Part shown: one piece after another, positions 9,624 through 18,524 of the stretch
How the letters are laid out: every line of letters starts with the position of its first letter
Position numbering within the stretch: position 1 is the first letter of the stretch
Assembly: GCA_035292425.1 (NCBI GenBank)
Contig: DATDQD010000066.1
Coordinates: forward strand, 1 to 39,535
Reading direction: 5' to 3'
DNA from: Bacteroidota bacterium
GTDB lineage: Bacteria; Bacteroidota; Ignavibacteria; UBA10030; SZUA-254
DNA: 39,535 nucleotides
The notes under the pieces: generated by a model
Seen by the model: the letters and a program-made list of their open reading frames with translations, nothing else
Database searches by the model: none
Told to the model about the DNA's origin: nothing
Program-made: the position numbers and the translations under genes

Positions 9624-9816
9624 CGGAGTTAAGCATCGCCGCGAGTCGGATATCATCCTCGATGCCTTCCAGCAAATCGTCTCCCTTGAAGTGGCCGAAG
9701 TGTCTCGCCTCCTCATAGAGACTGTCCAGGATCCTGAACTTCATTTCGATGGTGAGATGGTCCGCGGCGCGGGACCATCGATCGAATTCCTCGTATTTAT
9801 CAAGATTCGTAATCAT
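9601..9816 (-). CDS. Small acidic hypothetical protein upstream of the nucleotidyltransferase
   Basis: 71-aa ORF with non-shadow-like composition (MITNLDKYEEFDRWSRAADHLTIEMKFRILDSLYEEARHFGHF...). Overlaps the NTase start by 23 nt. No domain recognised. Confidence 0.4.
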   Translation of the reverse strand: MITNLDKYEEFDRWSRAADHLTIEMKFRILDSLYEEARHFGHFKGDDLLEGIEDDIRLAAMLNSDVSNPPR

Positions 9817-9882
9817 AGATGAATATACGTATCTCCCGTCTGAAAATCACCGGGAGCCCGCCTGAGAAATTTCCGGCTCCCG

Positions 9883-10716
9883 TCAGACCAGCCTGAACTC
9901 CTTCACCGCCGGCAGCCCGACCTTCGGGCCGGCACGCCTGAAGAGCTCCTTCAGCCCCGCCTTGCCCCTCTCGCCCATGTCGATGGTCAGATCATTGACG
10001 TACATCTTCACAAACGTTTCGCCCTTCTTCGCGTCGATGCCGCGGCCCCACCCGAGGGCGTAGGGTATCGATTCATCCTGGTGTTTGTAGCCGTACTCGA
10101 TGCTGTCGCGCAGGCCCAACGAGAGCTCGCGGGCCAGCTTTTCCCCGAGGTCCTTTCGGACCACGTCCAGGCCGAGCGGAAGGGGCAGCCCGCCCGTTTC
10201 GTCGCGCCAGAGTTCGCCGAAGTCCATTATTTTATGGTACCCCTGTTCCCGGTAGGTGATTTGCCCCTCATGGATCACCACGCCCGCGTCGATCCTCCCC
10301 TCGTCGATCATCGGCATGAGCCGGTCGAAGGGTCGGTCGATGTGCCCGATCCCCTCGGTGAATATCCGGAACAGGAGCGTCGCGGTGGTGAGGGGACCGG
10401 GGGTGCCGACGGTTTTCCCTTTCAGCTCGGCGAGCGTTGTATACTTTTTCGAGATGAGCACGGGGCCGTATCCGTCGCCCATGCTCGCCCCGGTCCGCAT
10501 GATCCAGTACCGGTCCTGTACATAAGGAAAGGCGTGGGCCGAGATTGCCGTGACCTCCAGCTCGCCTTTCATCGCGCGCGCGTTTAATGATTGAATGTCC
10601 TCCAGCATGTGCTCGATCCTGATGCCGTCGAGCTTGACCTTCCCGCTCGCCAGCCCGTAAAACATGAATGCGTCGTCGGGGTCCGGGCTGTGCCCCACGC
10701 GGACGAGTTTTTCCAT
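9883..10716 (-). CDS. mqnD: MqnD-like (1,4-dihydroxy-6-naphthoate synthase) / MqnA-MqnD family protein
   Basis: 277 aa. N-terminus VRVGHSPDPDDAFMFYGL resembles the GHSPCPND.F.F block of MqnD. Periplasmic-binding-protein-like fold signature, in mqn genomic context. Confidence 0.72.
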   Translation of the reverse strand: MEKLVRVGHSPDPDDAFMFYGLASGKVKLDGIRIEHMLEDIQSLNARAMKGELEVTAISAHAFPYVQDRYWIMRTGASMGDGYGPVLISKKYTTLAELKGKTVGTPGPLTTATLLFRIFTEGIGHIDRPFDRLMPMIDEGRIDAGVVIHEGQITYREQGYHKIMDFGELWRDETGGLPLPLGLDVVRKDLGEKLARELSLGLRDSIEYGYKHQDESIPYALGWGRGIDAKKGETFVKMYVNDLTIDMGERGKAGLKELFRRAGPKVGLPAVKEFRLV

Positions 10717-10857
10717 CGAATGGTCGGTTGAAGTGGTGATCGCGGCAACAATATAAAAAATCGGCGCGTGAATTCCATGCCGCGGCGAAATTGAAAATCT
10801 CGCGGGAAGTTTCTACTTTCCTGCACACGCGACAATCCGACAACCGAAAGCCCCTCC

Positions 10858-12222
10858 ATGCCCATTCAGACCTGCAACCCCGCGACCGGAGAAGTGCTGA
10901 AATCGTTTCCCCCGATATCCGACAAGCACCTCGAGGAAAAGATCGAAAAGGCCCGCACCCGGTTCATCGCCCACCACAAGACCTCTTTCACCGAACGCTC
11001 GGCGTTGATGAGGAAAGCCGGTGAAATCCTTGAAGCCGGGAAGGAGGCCTTCGCGAGGATGATGACGCTCGAGATGGGAAAGCTCTATACGTCCGCCCTC
11101 GCCGAAGCGTCGAAATGCGCCTGGGTCTGCCGGTTCTATGCCGACGAGGCGGAGAAATTCCTGGCCGACGAGCTTGTGCAGACCAGCGCGACGAAAAGTT
11201 ACGTGCGGTACGAACCGCTCGGGCCGGTGCTCGCGATCATGCCGTGGAATTTCCCCTTCTGGCAGGTGTTCCGCTTCGCCGCACCGGCGATCATGGCGGG
11301 GAACGTGGGTCTCCTGAAGCACGCCTCCAACGTCCCGCAATGCGCGCTCGCCATCGAGGATATCTTCCGGAGGGCGGGCTTCCCCGAAGGCGTGTTCCAG
11401 ACGCTCCTGTTACCCTCCGCGGGGACCGCGAGGGTGATCGAGGACTTCAGGATCAAGGCTGTGACGCTGACCGGCAGCGACATGGCAGGGAGGGAGGTGG
11501 GCGGCGTCGCGGGTTCGTCGATCAAGACCTGCGTGATGGAGCTGGGCGGGAGCGATCCGTTCATCGTGATGCCGGGCGCCGACATGGATATGGCCGTCCC
11601 GACCGCCGTGAAGGCGCGCACGGTCAACAACGGTCAGTCGTGCATCGCGGCGAAGCGGTTCATCCTCCACCGCGACATCGCCTCCACGTTCACGGAACGG
11701 TTCGTGGCCGAAATGAAGGAACTTAAAACCGGCGACCCGATGGATCCGGCGACCGATGTCGGTCCCCTCGCCACGCCCGAAATCCTGGAAGACCTCGACC
11801 GGCAGGTGAGAAAATCGGTCCGGAAGGGGGCGCAGCTGCTGCTCGGCGGTGAGCGTTTACCCGGGAAGGGTAACTTCTATCCCCCGACCGTGCTCACGGA
11901 TATTCCGAAGGACTCCCCGGCCTACAGGGAGGAATTCTTCGGGCCGGTGGCCCTGCTGTTCACTGTCGACAGTGCGGAGGATGCCGTTCAGCTCGCCAAC
12001 GACTCGCCGTTCGGGCTCGGTTCGAGCGCGTGGACGAACGATGGGAGGGAAAAGGCGCTCTTCATCGAAAACCTGGAGGCGGGATCGGTCTTTGTCAACG
12101 AGATGGTGTCGTCGGACGTGCGCCTGCCGTTCGGCGGAGTGAAGAATTCAGGCTATGGGAGGGAGCTGAGCGTCCACGGCATCAGGGAGTTCGTGAACGT
12201 GAAGACGGTGTATGTGAAATAG
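10858..12222 (+). CDS. NAD(P)-dependent aldehyde dehydrogenase (succinate-semialdehyde dehydrogenase-like)
   Basis: 454 aa. ALDH hallmarks FPFWQ, LTGS, the catalytic-Glu region VMELGGSDP and the catalytic-Cys region NNGQSCIAAKRF. Confidence 0.9.
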   Translation: MPIQTCNPATGEVLKSFPPISDKHLEEKIEKARTRFIAHHKTSFTERSALMRKAGEILEAGKEAFARMMTLEMGKLYTSALAEASKCAWVCRFYADEAEKFLADELVQTSATKSYVRYEPLGPVLAIMPWNFPFWQVFRFAAPAIMAGNVGLLKHASNVPQCALAIEDIFRRAGFPEGVFQTLLLPSAGTARVIEDFRIKAVTLTGSDMAGREVGGVAGSSIKTCVMELGGSDPFIVMPGADMDMAVPTAVKARTVNNGQSCIAAKRFILHRDIASTFTERFVAEMKELKTGDPMDPATDVGPLATPEILEDLDRQVRKSVRKGAQLLLGGERLPGKGNFYPPTVLTDIPKDSPAYREEFFGPVALLFTVDSAEDAVQLANDSPFGLGSSAWTNDGREKALFIENLEAGSVFVNEMVSSDVRLPFGGVKNSGYGRELSVHGIREFVNVKTVYVK

Positions 12223-12268
12223 GCGGGGGCCCGGCGAAACGGACACGCCGGCGCGGTCGCCGGGATTG

Positions 12269-13612
12269 TCAGGCCGGATTCGTCGTGGAGGGCAGATAGC
12301 TGTGGATCCTCTCTTCAACCTCCTTGAGACCCTCCTTCCGTCCTTCCTCGATTTCCCATATCGAGATCAGCGGGAACAGCTTTGCGAAGACCATGTATCC
12401 AAGGATGAACACCGCGATCCCTCCGGCAAAAAGGGCCCATTCTGTCATCGAGGGGATATAGATCCCCATCGGGACGTGCATTCTCGGATTGGCGAGCGAC
12501 GGGACAACGATGATCAAACGCTCCAGCCACATTCCGATCACCACCGCGATGGAGGCGATTAAAATGCCGGCAATCGTTTTGAACCGTTTAAAACTGAGGA
12601 GTACCATCGGGATGACAAAATTACAGACGACCATTCCCCAGAAAAAGAAGGCAAACGGTCCGGTAAATTTATACATGATGATTTCCATTTCGTGCGGCTC
12701 GTCTCCGAAGACGCCGGTGAGATATTCGGAAAACGTGAAATAAAACCACACGATGGACATGATCAGGAGAAGCATGCTCAGGTACTGCAGATGGATCACC
12801 TTCAGGTACGCCTCGAGGCGGAACGCCTTTCTGAATATGATCATCACGATCAGCAGGGCGGCGATGCCTGAAAATATCGCGCCAACGACGAAATAGGGTC
12901 CGAAGATCGTGCTGTGCCAACCCGGCTGCAGCGTCATCGAGAAAATGTAGGAGATGACCGTATGCACGGATACGGCGATCGGAATGACCATCACCATCAG
13001 CAGGTTGATCGCACGGTTGAGTACGCGCTTCTGATGCTCCGTGCCCGTCCATCCCCACGCCATGAATGTGTACATCCAGGTGAGTTTTCCCCCCTGGTCC
13101 CTCAGGCGCGCGATGTCCGGGATCATCGGAATGTACAGGTAGACCGTGCTGGCTGTGAAGTACGCGGTTATGCTGGTCACGTCCCAGAGAAGGGGAGATT
13201 GCAGACGACCCGATTCGAGGAGGCTGAACATGCGGTCCGGCCTGCCGAGATCCAGGATCGGGTGAAGACCGCCGATCGCCAGGACGATGGCGGTGATGAC
13301 CTCGGCCATCCGCGTGATCGGCCGCCGCCATTCCGCCTTCGAGAGGCGGAGGATCGCCGAAATGAGCGTTCCGGCGTGGCTGATCCCGATGAAGAAAACG
13401 AAGTTGACGATGTAGAAGCCCCAGGTAATCGGTTGTGCCATTCCGGTGACACCCAGGCCGGAACGCAGCTGCGTGACATACATATAGAGGGCCCACACGA
13501 TCACCGCGACCAGGACGGCAAGCGACAGGTAGTAACCCCTGCCGGTGTGATAGATCGGCCGGTAGAGGGCGGCATCCAGATCGTTCTCGTACGGGAGATG
13601 TTTTTCTGTCAT
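12269..13612 (-). CDS. NrfD-family quinone-interacting membrane subunit, ActC/QrcD-like (long, about 10 TM)
   Basis: 447-aa polytopic protein. The block WGFYIVNFVFFIGISHAGTLISAILRLSKAEWRRPITRMAE is typical of the long NrfD/ActC/HybB type. Start overlaps the FeS gene stop by 4 nt. Confidence 0.85.
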   Translation of the reverse strand: MTEKHLPYENDLDAALYRPIYHTGRGYYLSLAVLVAVIVWALYMYVTQLRSGLGVTGMAQPITWGFYIVNFVFFIGISHAGTLISAILRLSKAEWRRPITRMAEVITAIVLAIGGLHPILDLGRPDRMFSLLESGRLQSPLLWDVTSITAYFTASTVYLYIPMIPDIARLRDQGGKLTWMYTFMAWGWTGTEHQKRVLNRAINLLMVMVIPIAVSVHTVISYIFSMTLQPGWHSTIFGPYFVVGAIFSGIAALLIVMIIFRKAFRLEAYLKVIHLQYLSMLLLIMSIVWFYFTFSEYLTGVFGDEPHEMEIIMYKFTGPFAFFFWGMVVCNFVIPMVLLSFKRFKTIAGILIASIAVVIGMWLERLIIVVPSLANPRMHVPMGIYIPSMTEWALFAGGIAVFILGYMVFAKLFPLISIWEIEEGRKEGLKEVEERIHSYLPSTTNPA

Positions 13613-14301
13613 CGTGTCCTCTTCACGAGATAGTACACTTTCGGTTCGACTCCCAGGTCCTCCATGACGCGGGATGCCCGGTAATCCCCCGACATCTTAT
13701 AGACGCTGCTCCCCTTGTCTTCGATGTCGCCGAAATAGATCGCGTCGGCGGGACAAATTTCGGCGCACGCCGGCACATATTCCCCGTCATTGATCGGCCT
13801 GTCCTCCTCATCCGCAGTTTCCTTCACTTTCATCAGACGGTGAGAGCAGAACGTGCACTTTTCCACCACCCCCACCATGCGCCTGGATACATCCGGGTTG
13901 AAGCAGGTCGACGCGCCTTCGATCCACGCGGGATCCTTCCAGTTGAATACCTTCGCCGTGAACGGGCATGCGACCATGCAATATCGGCAGCCGATGCATC
14001 GGTGGTACACCTGCGCAACGAGCCCCTCCTCGTTGCGGTAGGTCGCCCCCACGGGGCAGACCCGCGTGCAGGGGGGGTTATCGCAATGGAAACAGGGTTT
14101 CGGCATCCGTTTTATTTCAATGCCCGGATAGTCGCCCCCGTACTCGGTGATCATATCCATCCAGTGCATCACTCTCCCCTGCAGGGCTTCGTCCGGCTCG
14201 ACAATCGGCACGTTGTTCTCCATTTTGCACGCCGCCATGCACGCCCCGCACCCGGTGCACCTGTCCAGATCAATCGCCATTGCCCATTTAGCCATTCGCA
14301 T
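13609..14301 (-). CDS. 4x[Fe-S] ferredoxin subunit (PsrB/DmsB/ActB2-like)
   Basis: Four Cys groups: CTGCGACMAAC, CFHCDNPPC..C, CIGCRYCMVAC, CTFCSHR...CAEIC. Confidence 0.9.
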   Translation of the reverse strand: MRMAKWAMAIDLDRCTGCGACMAACKMENNVPIVEPDEALQGRVMHWMDMITEYGGDYPGIEIKRMPKPCFHCDNPPCTRVCPVGATYRNEEGLVAQVYHRCIGCRYCMVACPFTAKVFNWKDPAWIEGASTCFNPDVSRRMVGVVEKCTFCSHRLMKVKETADEEDRPINDGEYVPACAEICPADAIYFGDIEDKGSSVYKMSGDYRASRVMEDLGVEPKVYYLVKRTR

Positions 14302-14311
14302 ATCCTCGGGT

Positions 14312-16768
14312 TTACGACGTACGGGATATTCTCACTTTGGTCGCCTCGAGGGCGGGCTTCCCGCTCACGAGATCGTGGAGATTTCTCATGATGGTGTTCG
14401 GATTTACGCCGTGGCCTCGCGCGTAACGACCGTACGAGGTGTGTCCCATGCCGAAGGGAATCGCAACGACGTCGGGCATGATCCCGGGGGTGATTTTCGC
14501 TTTCACGCGGACATTCCCGATCGAGGACTCCACCCATACCCAGTCATCGTTCGAGACGCCCGCGGCCGCGGCCGTCTCCGGGTGAATCTCCGCCCACGAC
14601 TCCCACGGCGAATGCACCGAGTATCCGAACAGTTCCTGCATCAGCGGAAGCGCGGCGCCCGCTCCGTCGCGGTTCGGCATCACCTGGAAGGTCACGAGGT
14701 ACATCGGACGGTCGCCCTCGTACGGAACGGCTTCATGGTGCGGCATCATTGCATTGTCGCCGCGCGCGGAGATGTTCAGCCGGCTGAGCACGGATTCGAG
14801 ATTGCGCGACGAACCGGTCTCGTCCAGCTTCAAGAGGAGCCGGTTGAATTCCGAGTTCAGCCTCTGTGAAAAAAATTCGAACTTTCCCGAGGGCGTCGTG
14901 AAAAGCTCGTCGAGGTTCTTCTTCTTCCGCGCCGGATTCCACCAGCCGCCATTGAGAAGGAGCTGCTCCCAGAATTCGTCAAAAGTGGCATAGCGCCCGG
15001 TCTGCCATCCCCGCCGCTGCAGGAATTCAATCCAGGGCTGTTTTTGTCCCTTCGCGACGACCGCGCCCTGCCCGGACCTGAAGAGCCCCTCCGCCGCGTA
15101 ACGCACCTCTTCCCGGTAATCGGTAAAGGCCGCCGCGCTTTTCACCGTTCCGCCTACCCGGCGTGCCAGTTCGGTGAACACATCCCCGGTCCCCCGCGTA
15201 TCGTGCAACGGCTCCACGACCGGCTGCTGTATGCCGAAATGGGAAAATCCCACGGTCGGGACATCGGAGATTTCACCCCAGCTTTCCAGGAACGTATGCT
15301 CGGGCAATATCAGGTGGGCGTACTCGCTCGTTTCGTTGATGATTGAATCGAAGCTCACGACGAGCGGTATCTTCTTCAGCGCGCCGGCGAAATCCAGGTG
15401 GTTCAGCGTCTGGAAGAGGGGATTCCCGTGGTATAAGAAGAGAACGCTCAACGGATACGGACTATCCGCGAGGATATTTTTAGCGAAGCTCTCGATCGAA
15501 AAGTCCGAGAGCGGGAACGGGACATCCCGCGAGCTCGTGAGGGGCTCCGACCGGCTCCCTGCCGCGGCGACCGCGTCGACCTCCACGTCGGGAAGGGGCC
15601 TGACGGGGGCCTGGTCGGTGAAGAAGACCCCTCCCTCTGCCTCGTAATTTCCCAGGAGCGCGTTGAGACTCTGAACCGCCATCTGGGCGAACGTGCCGTT
15701 GGTGTTGTCGACGGCCCCTCCGTCCCCCAGCACGAGGGATTTGGGCGTATTGCCGAGCAGGCGTCCGAGCTCGAGGATTGCAGCGGTCGGCACTCCTGTG
15801 ATTTCGGACACCTTCTCCGGATAGTAGTTCCCGAGCACGATACTCCGGAATCCGAGATGCCTGCTCCCCGAACGGTCCGCCCAGTCCTCGAACCCGAACG
15901 TGCTGCCTCCGACGAATCGGGCGTCATACAGTTCCTCCCTGATGAGGACATAGGCGATCCCGAGCGCCAGCGCCCCGTATGTTCCCGGGCGTATCGGCAC
16001 CCACTTGTCGGCGTTGGCGGCCGTCAGGCTCATCCGCGATTCCACCTGGATGTATTGCGTCTGCAGCTCACGGTGATGACTGTAGAGTTTCGTGTAATAG
16101 ACGGGCGAATAACCCTCCCCGAGAAAATTCGACCCGAAGCTTACAATCAGCTTCGCGTTCAGAAAGTCATAGGCCGGTATCCTGGAATGACCGTGCAGCA
16201 GGGAGTGGGGGACCATGTCGTTCTGCGAGGGGGAAAACCGGAAGTAGTTCGGGGACCCGTACGCTTTCATGAAGCGGGCGATGTGCTGTTCCATCAGTCC
16301 CCGTTCGTCGTATCCGAGCACCGCGACCTGTCGGGATTTTTGTCCGCCGCGAAGTTCAGTGAGTCTTTCGGCGATGATCTTCAAGGCCTCGTCCCAGGTG
16401 ATGGGTTCCCACCTCCCGCTCCCGGGGTTCGCCGTGCGCTTCATCGGGCCCTTCAACCGGTCCGGGTGATATAACATGTGAAGCGCGTTGAGCCCCAACG
16501 AACACATCCCGCCCAGGTTGACGGGATAATGAGGGTTGCCTCTGATGGAGACCGGGAGGCCGTCAACCATCCGGACGCTGATACCGCATCCGCCCGGACA
16601 GAGCCCGCAGATGGTGTTTTTCCAGGTTTCAATCCCCGGTCCGGTCCTGACACGGTGGATCAGCCGGTCCGGTATTTCCAGGACCTCGTCCATCGCGCAG
16701 CCACCCACGGCAAGCGAGACCGAGGTCCCCCCCACCAGTTTGATAAAATCCCGCCGTTTAATTTCCAT
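14312..16768 (-). CDS. Tat-exported molybdopterin-oxidoreductase-family (MopB) subunit
   Basis: 818 aa. Twin-arginine leader MEIKRRDFIKLVGG. N-terminal FS0-type motif CGLCPGGCG...x27..C (CX2CX3C...C). No in-frame TGA. Confidence 0.9.
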   Translation of the reverse strand: MEIKRRDFIKLVGGTSVSLAVGGCAMDEVLEIPDRLIHRVRTGPGIETWKNTICGLCPGGCGISVRMVDGLPVSIRGNPHYPVNLGGMCSLGLNALHMLYHPDRLKGPMKRTANPGSGRWEPITWDEALKIIAERLTELRGGQKSRQVAVLGYDERGLMEQHIARFMKAYGSPNYFRFSPSQNDMVPHSLLHGHSRIPAYDFLNAKLIVSFGSNFLGEGYSPVYYTKLYSHHRELQTQYIQVESRMSLTAANADKWVPIRPGTYGALALGIAYVLIREELYDARFVGGSTFGFEDWADRSGSRHLGFRSIVLGNYYPEKVSEITGVPTAAILELGRLLGNTPKSLVLGDGGAVDNTNGTFAQMAVQSLNALLGNYEAEGGVFFTDQAPVRPLPDVEVDAVAAAGSRSEPLTSSRDVPFPLSDFSIESFAKNILADSPYPLSVLFLYHGNPLFQTLNHLDFAGALKKIPLVVSFDSIINETSEYAHLILPEHTFLESWGEISDVPTVGFSHFGIQQPVVEPLHDTRGTGDVFTELARRVGGTVKSAAAFTDYREEVRYAAEGLFRSGQGAVVAKGQKQPWIEFLQRRGWQTGRYATFDEFWEQLLLNGGWWNPARKKKNLDELFTTPSGKFEFFSQRLNSEFNRLLLKLDETGSSRNLESVLSRLNISARGDNAMMPHHEAVPYEGDRPMYLVTFQVMPNRDGAGAALPLMQELFGYSVHSPWESWAEIHPETAAAAGVSNDDWVWVESSIGNVRVKAKITPGIMPDVVAIPFGMGHTSYGRYARGHGVNPNTIMRNLHDLVSGKPALEATKVRISRTS

Positions 16769-16782
16769 TGTTCACTCCGGGA

Positions 16783-17310
16783 TCAACGATGACAGGAGAG
16801 ACAGTCATTCGATACATTTTTGCTCCTATGGCAATCCATGCAGTTTTCCATCGTCACCTCCAGGAACGCCGAAGTCACCGGCGCCGTCATGGCGCTGACC
16901 ATTCCGTGACACGCGCTGCATTCCAGCTCGCCGCCGACGACATGCCTGCGGTGGGAGAAATAGACATGGTCGGGGACCTGATAGATGTTCACCCAGGGAA
17001 TTTCCTTCTCTTCGGACACGTATTTCAACAGGGCGAGCTCCTCCTGGGATTCGGACAGCGGGGCAGTTTCATGACAGGTACGGCATATTTCGATCGATGG
17101 AAGTGTTGCCGAGGCCATGGTCTCGACGTAGAGATGACACTCCTGGCACTTGAGACCGGCATTTTCGATATGGACCCGGTGGTTGTAAGCGATCGGCTGC
17201 TTCACATCGTCGTCCGAGACAAACGCACACGATACCATAAACACCGGCATCACGAACAGGATGATGTTCACGGTGAAACGGGCAACCCGCGGCCAGTTCA
17301 ACATCGGCAT
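16783..17310 (-). CDS. Membrane-anchored pentaheme cytochrome c (ActA-like)
   Basis: 5 CXXCH motifs (CQECH, CRTCH, CSACH, CMDCH, CLSCH) after an N-terminal TM (FTVNIILFVMPVFMV). Start taken at ATG 17310. The longer ORF to 17388 overlaps the upstream gene. Confidence 0.85.
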   Translation of the reverse strand: MPMLNWPRVARFTVNIILFVMPVFMVSCAFVSDDDVKQPIAYNHRVHIENAGLKCQECHLYVETMASATLPSIEICRTCHETAPLSESQEELALLKYVSEEKEIPWVNIYQVPDHVYFSHRRHVVGGELECSACHGMVSAMTAPVTSAFLEVTMENCMDCHRSKNVSNDCLSCHR

Positions 17311-17338
17311 GGGTAGTCGCACGGATGAATGAAGGAGT

Positions 17339-18502
17339 TTACGGTTTTGTGGATTCCCTGAGATACGAATATAAATTCCGCATCTCATCGCTGGTGAGCG
17401 CCGGCCACTTCTTGTTCTGGGTGATCAGCATATCCTCCATACCGGCAGCGTGATTCCACATCAGCTGGATCATCCGGACCGGTGAATTGAAATGGGTGAT
17501 ACTCATGATGTCGGGACCCCTGCCGGATCCGCCCTTTTCGTGACAGTTGGAACAACCTTTTGACTGGAAGACGGCCCCCCCCTTTTTCCCGTCACCGGGC
17601 TTGTCCTCGAAGTCAAGGAAATACAGATACGCAATCATGTCCGCCATCTCATTCCCTTCGAACTTCGGCCATTCGATCGATTCGTCCTTCATTTTTTGCG
17701 CCATCATCGGACCGTGATTCCACATCAGGCTGGCCGTTTCGGTCACGCTTTTTTTCAACCGGATCTGGGAGAGGTTGGGGGCGAGTATTTTCTTGGCTTC
17801 CCCTTCGGCCACGTGGCATTGATTGCATCCCTTCGACTCGAAGACTTCCTTCCCGTTCTTGGGGTCACCCGGGCTTATTCCCGCCTCGACGCCGGTCAGC
17901 GCCGCCTGCCGGATGTAGACCGTGATGTCGGTGATATCCTGACCAGTCAACATGGGAAAATTCAAACCGGCTTTTTCAATCTGCTCTCTCATCCCGGGAA
18001 CGTGGTTCCACATGGATTGCACAATATAGAGGGGAGAGGGGGTGGTCTTGATGGAGTCGAAGGCGTCGCCCACCGATCCGCCGCCGCCCCCGATCGAATG
18101 ACAGGTTGTGCATCCTTTGCTCTCGAGGACTTTTTTTCCCTTTGCCACCCCGCCCGGTTCGCCGAGATACCGCAGATAGTAGAGGAATCCGAACAGGTCG
18201 AGCATTTCCTTCTCGCTGAATTGCGGCCTCTCCATGCGCATCTGCCTGAACTTGCGGTTCATCTGGGGGGTATGGTTCCAGATGATCGTCGCCAGTTCCA
18301 GCACGCTGCCGAAATAGAGGTCTGAACTCAGGGAGGGACCGGCCGTGCCTCCGTATCCGCCGATCGCATGGCATTCAATACAGCCTTTTTCCTCGAAGAC
18401 CATCCTTCCCTGGAGGGGATTTTGGGGAAGGTCAATTTGCTGGGCGTACAGCGTACCCGCAAAAATAAAAACACAGAGCATCCAGCAGCGATGGAGTGCC
18501 AT
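17339..18502 (-). CDS. Periplasmic cytochrome c made of four tandem class-I monoheme domains
   Basis: Signal peptide. Four repeats of G-C-x2-C-H ... WNH-x-P/A-x-M: CIECH/WNHTPQM, CTTCH/WNHVPGM, CNQCH/WNHGPMM, CSNCH/WNHAAGM. Confidence 0.85.
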   Translation of the reverse strand: MALHRCWMLCVFIFAGTLYAQQIDLPQNPLQGRMVFEEKGCIECHAIGGYGGTAGPSLSSDLYFGSVLELATIIWNHTPQMNRKFRQMRMERPQFSEKEMLDLFGFLYYLRYLGEPGGVAKGKKVLESKGCTTCHSIGGGGGSVGDAFDSIKTTPSPLYIVQSMWNHVPGMREQIEKAGLNFPMLTGQDITDITVYIRQAALTGVEAGISPGDPKNGKEVFESKGCNQCHVAEGEAKKILAPNLSQIRLKKSVTETASLMWNHGPMMAQKMKDESIEWPKFEGNEMADMIAYLYFLDFEDKPGDGKKGGAVFQSKGCSNCHEKGGSGRGPDIMSITHFNSPVRMIQLMWNHAAGMEDMLITQNKKWPALTSDEMRNLYSYLRESTKP

Positions 18503-18524
18503 GGTATTCCTCCTCGGAGGTTGA

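Noticed and set aside
12223-12268. Possible bidirectional terminator between the convergent ALDH and NrfD genes (cccggcg...cgccggg)
   Set aside because: The candidate stem is only 7 bp with a loop of about 21 nt, and there is no T-run on either strand. This is not convincing.
14312-16768. Possible selenocysteine (in-frame TGA) or a split in the molybdopterin subunit
   Set aside because: The 818-aa frame is uninterrupted from the Tat leader to the stop. There is no in-frame TGA and no SECIS-like need.
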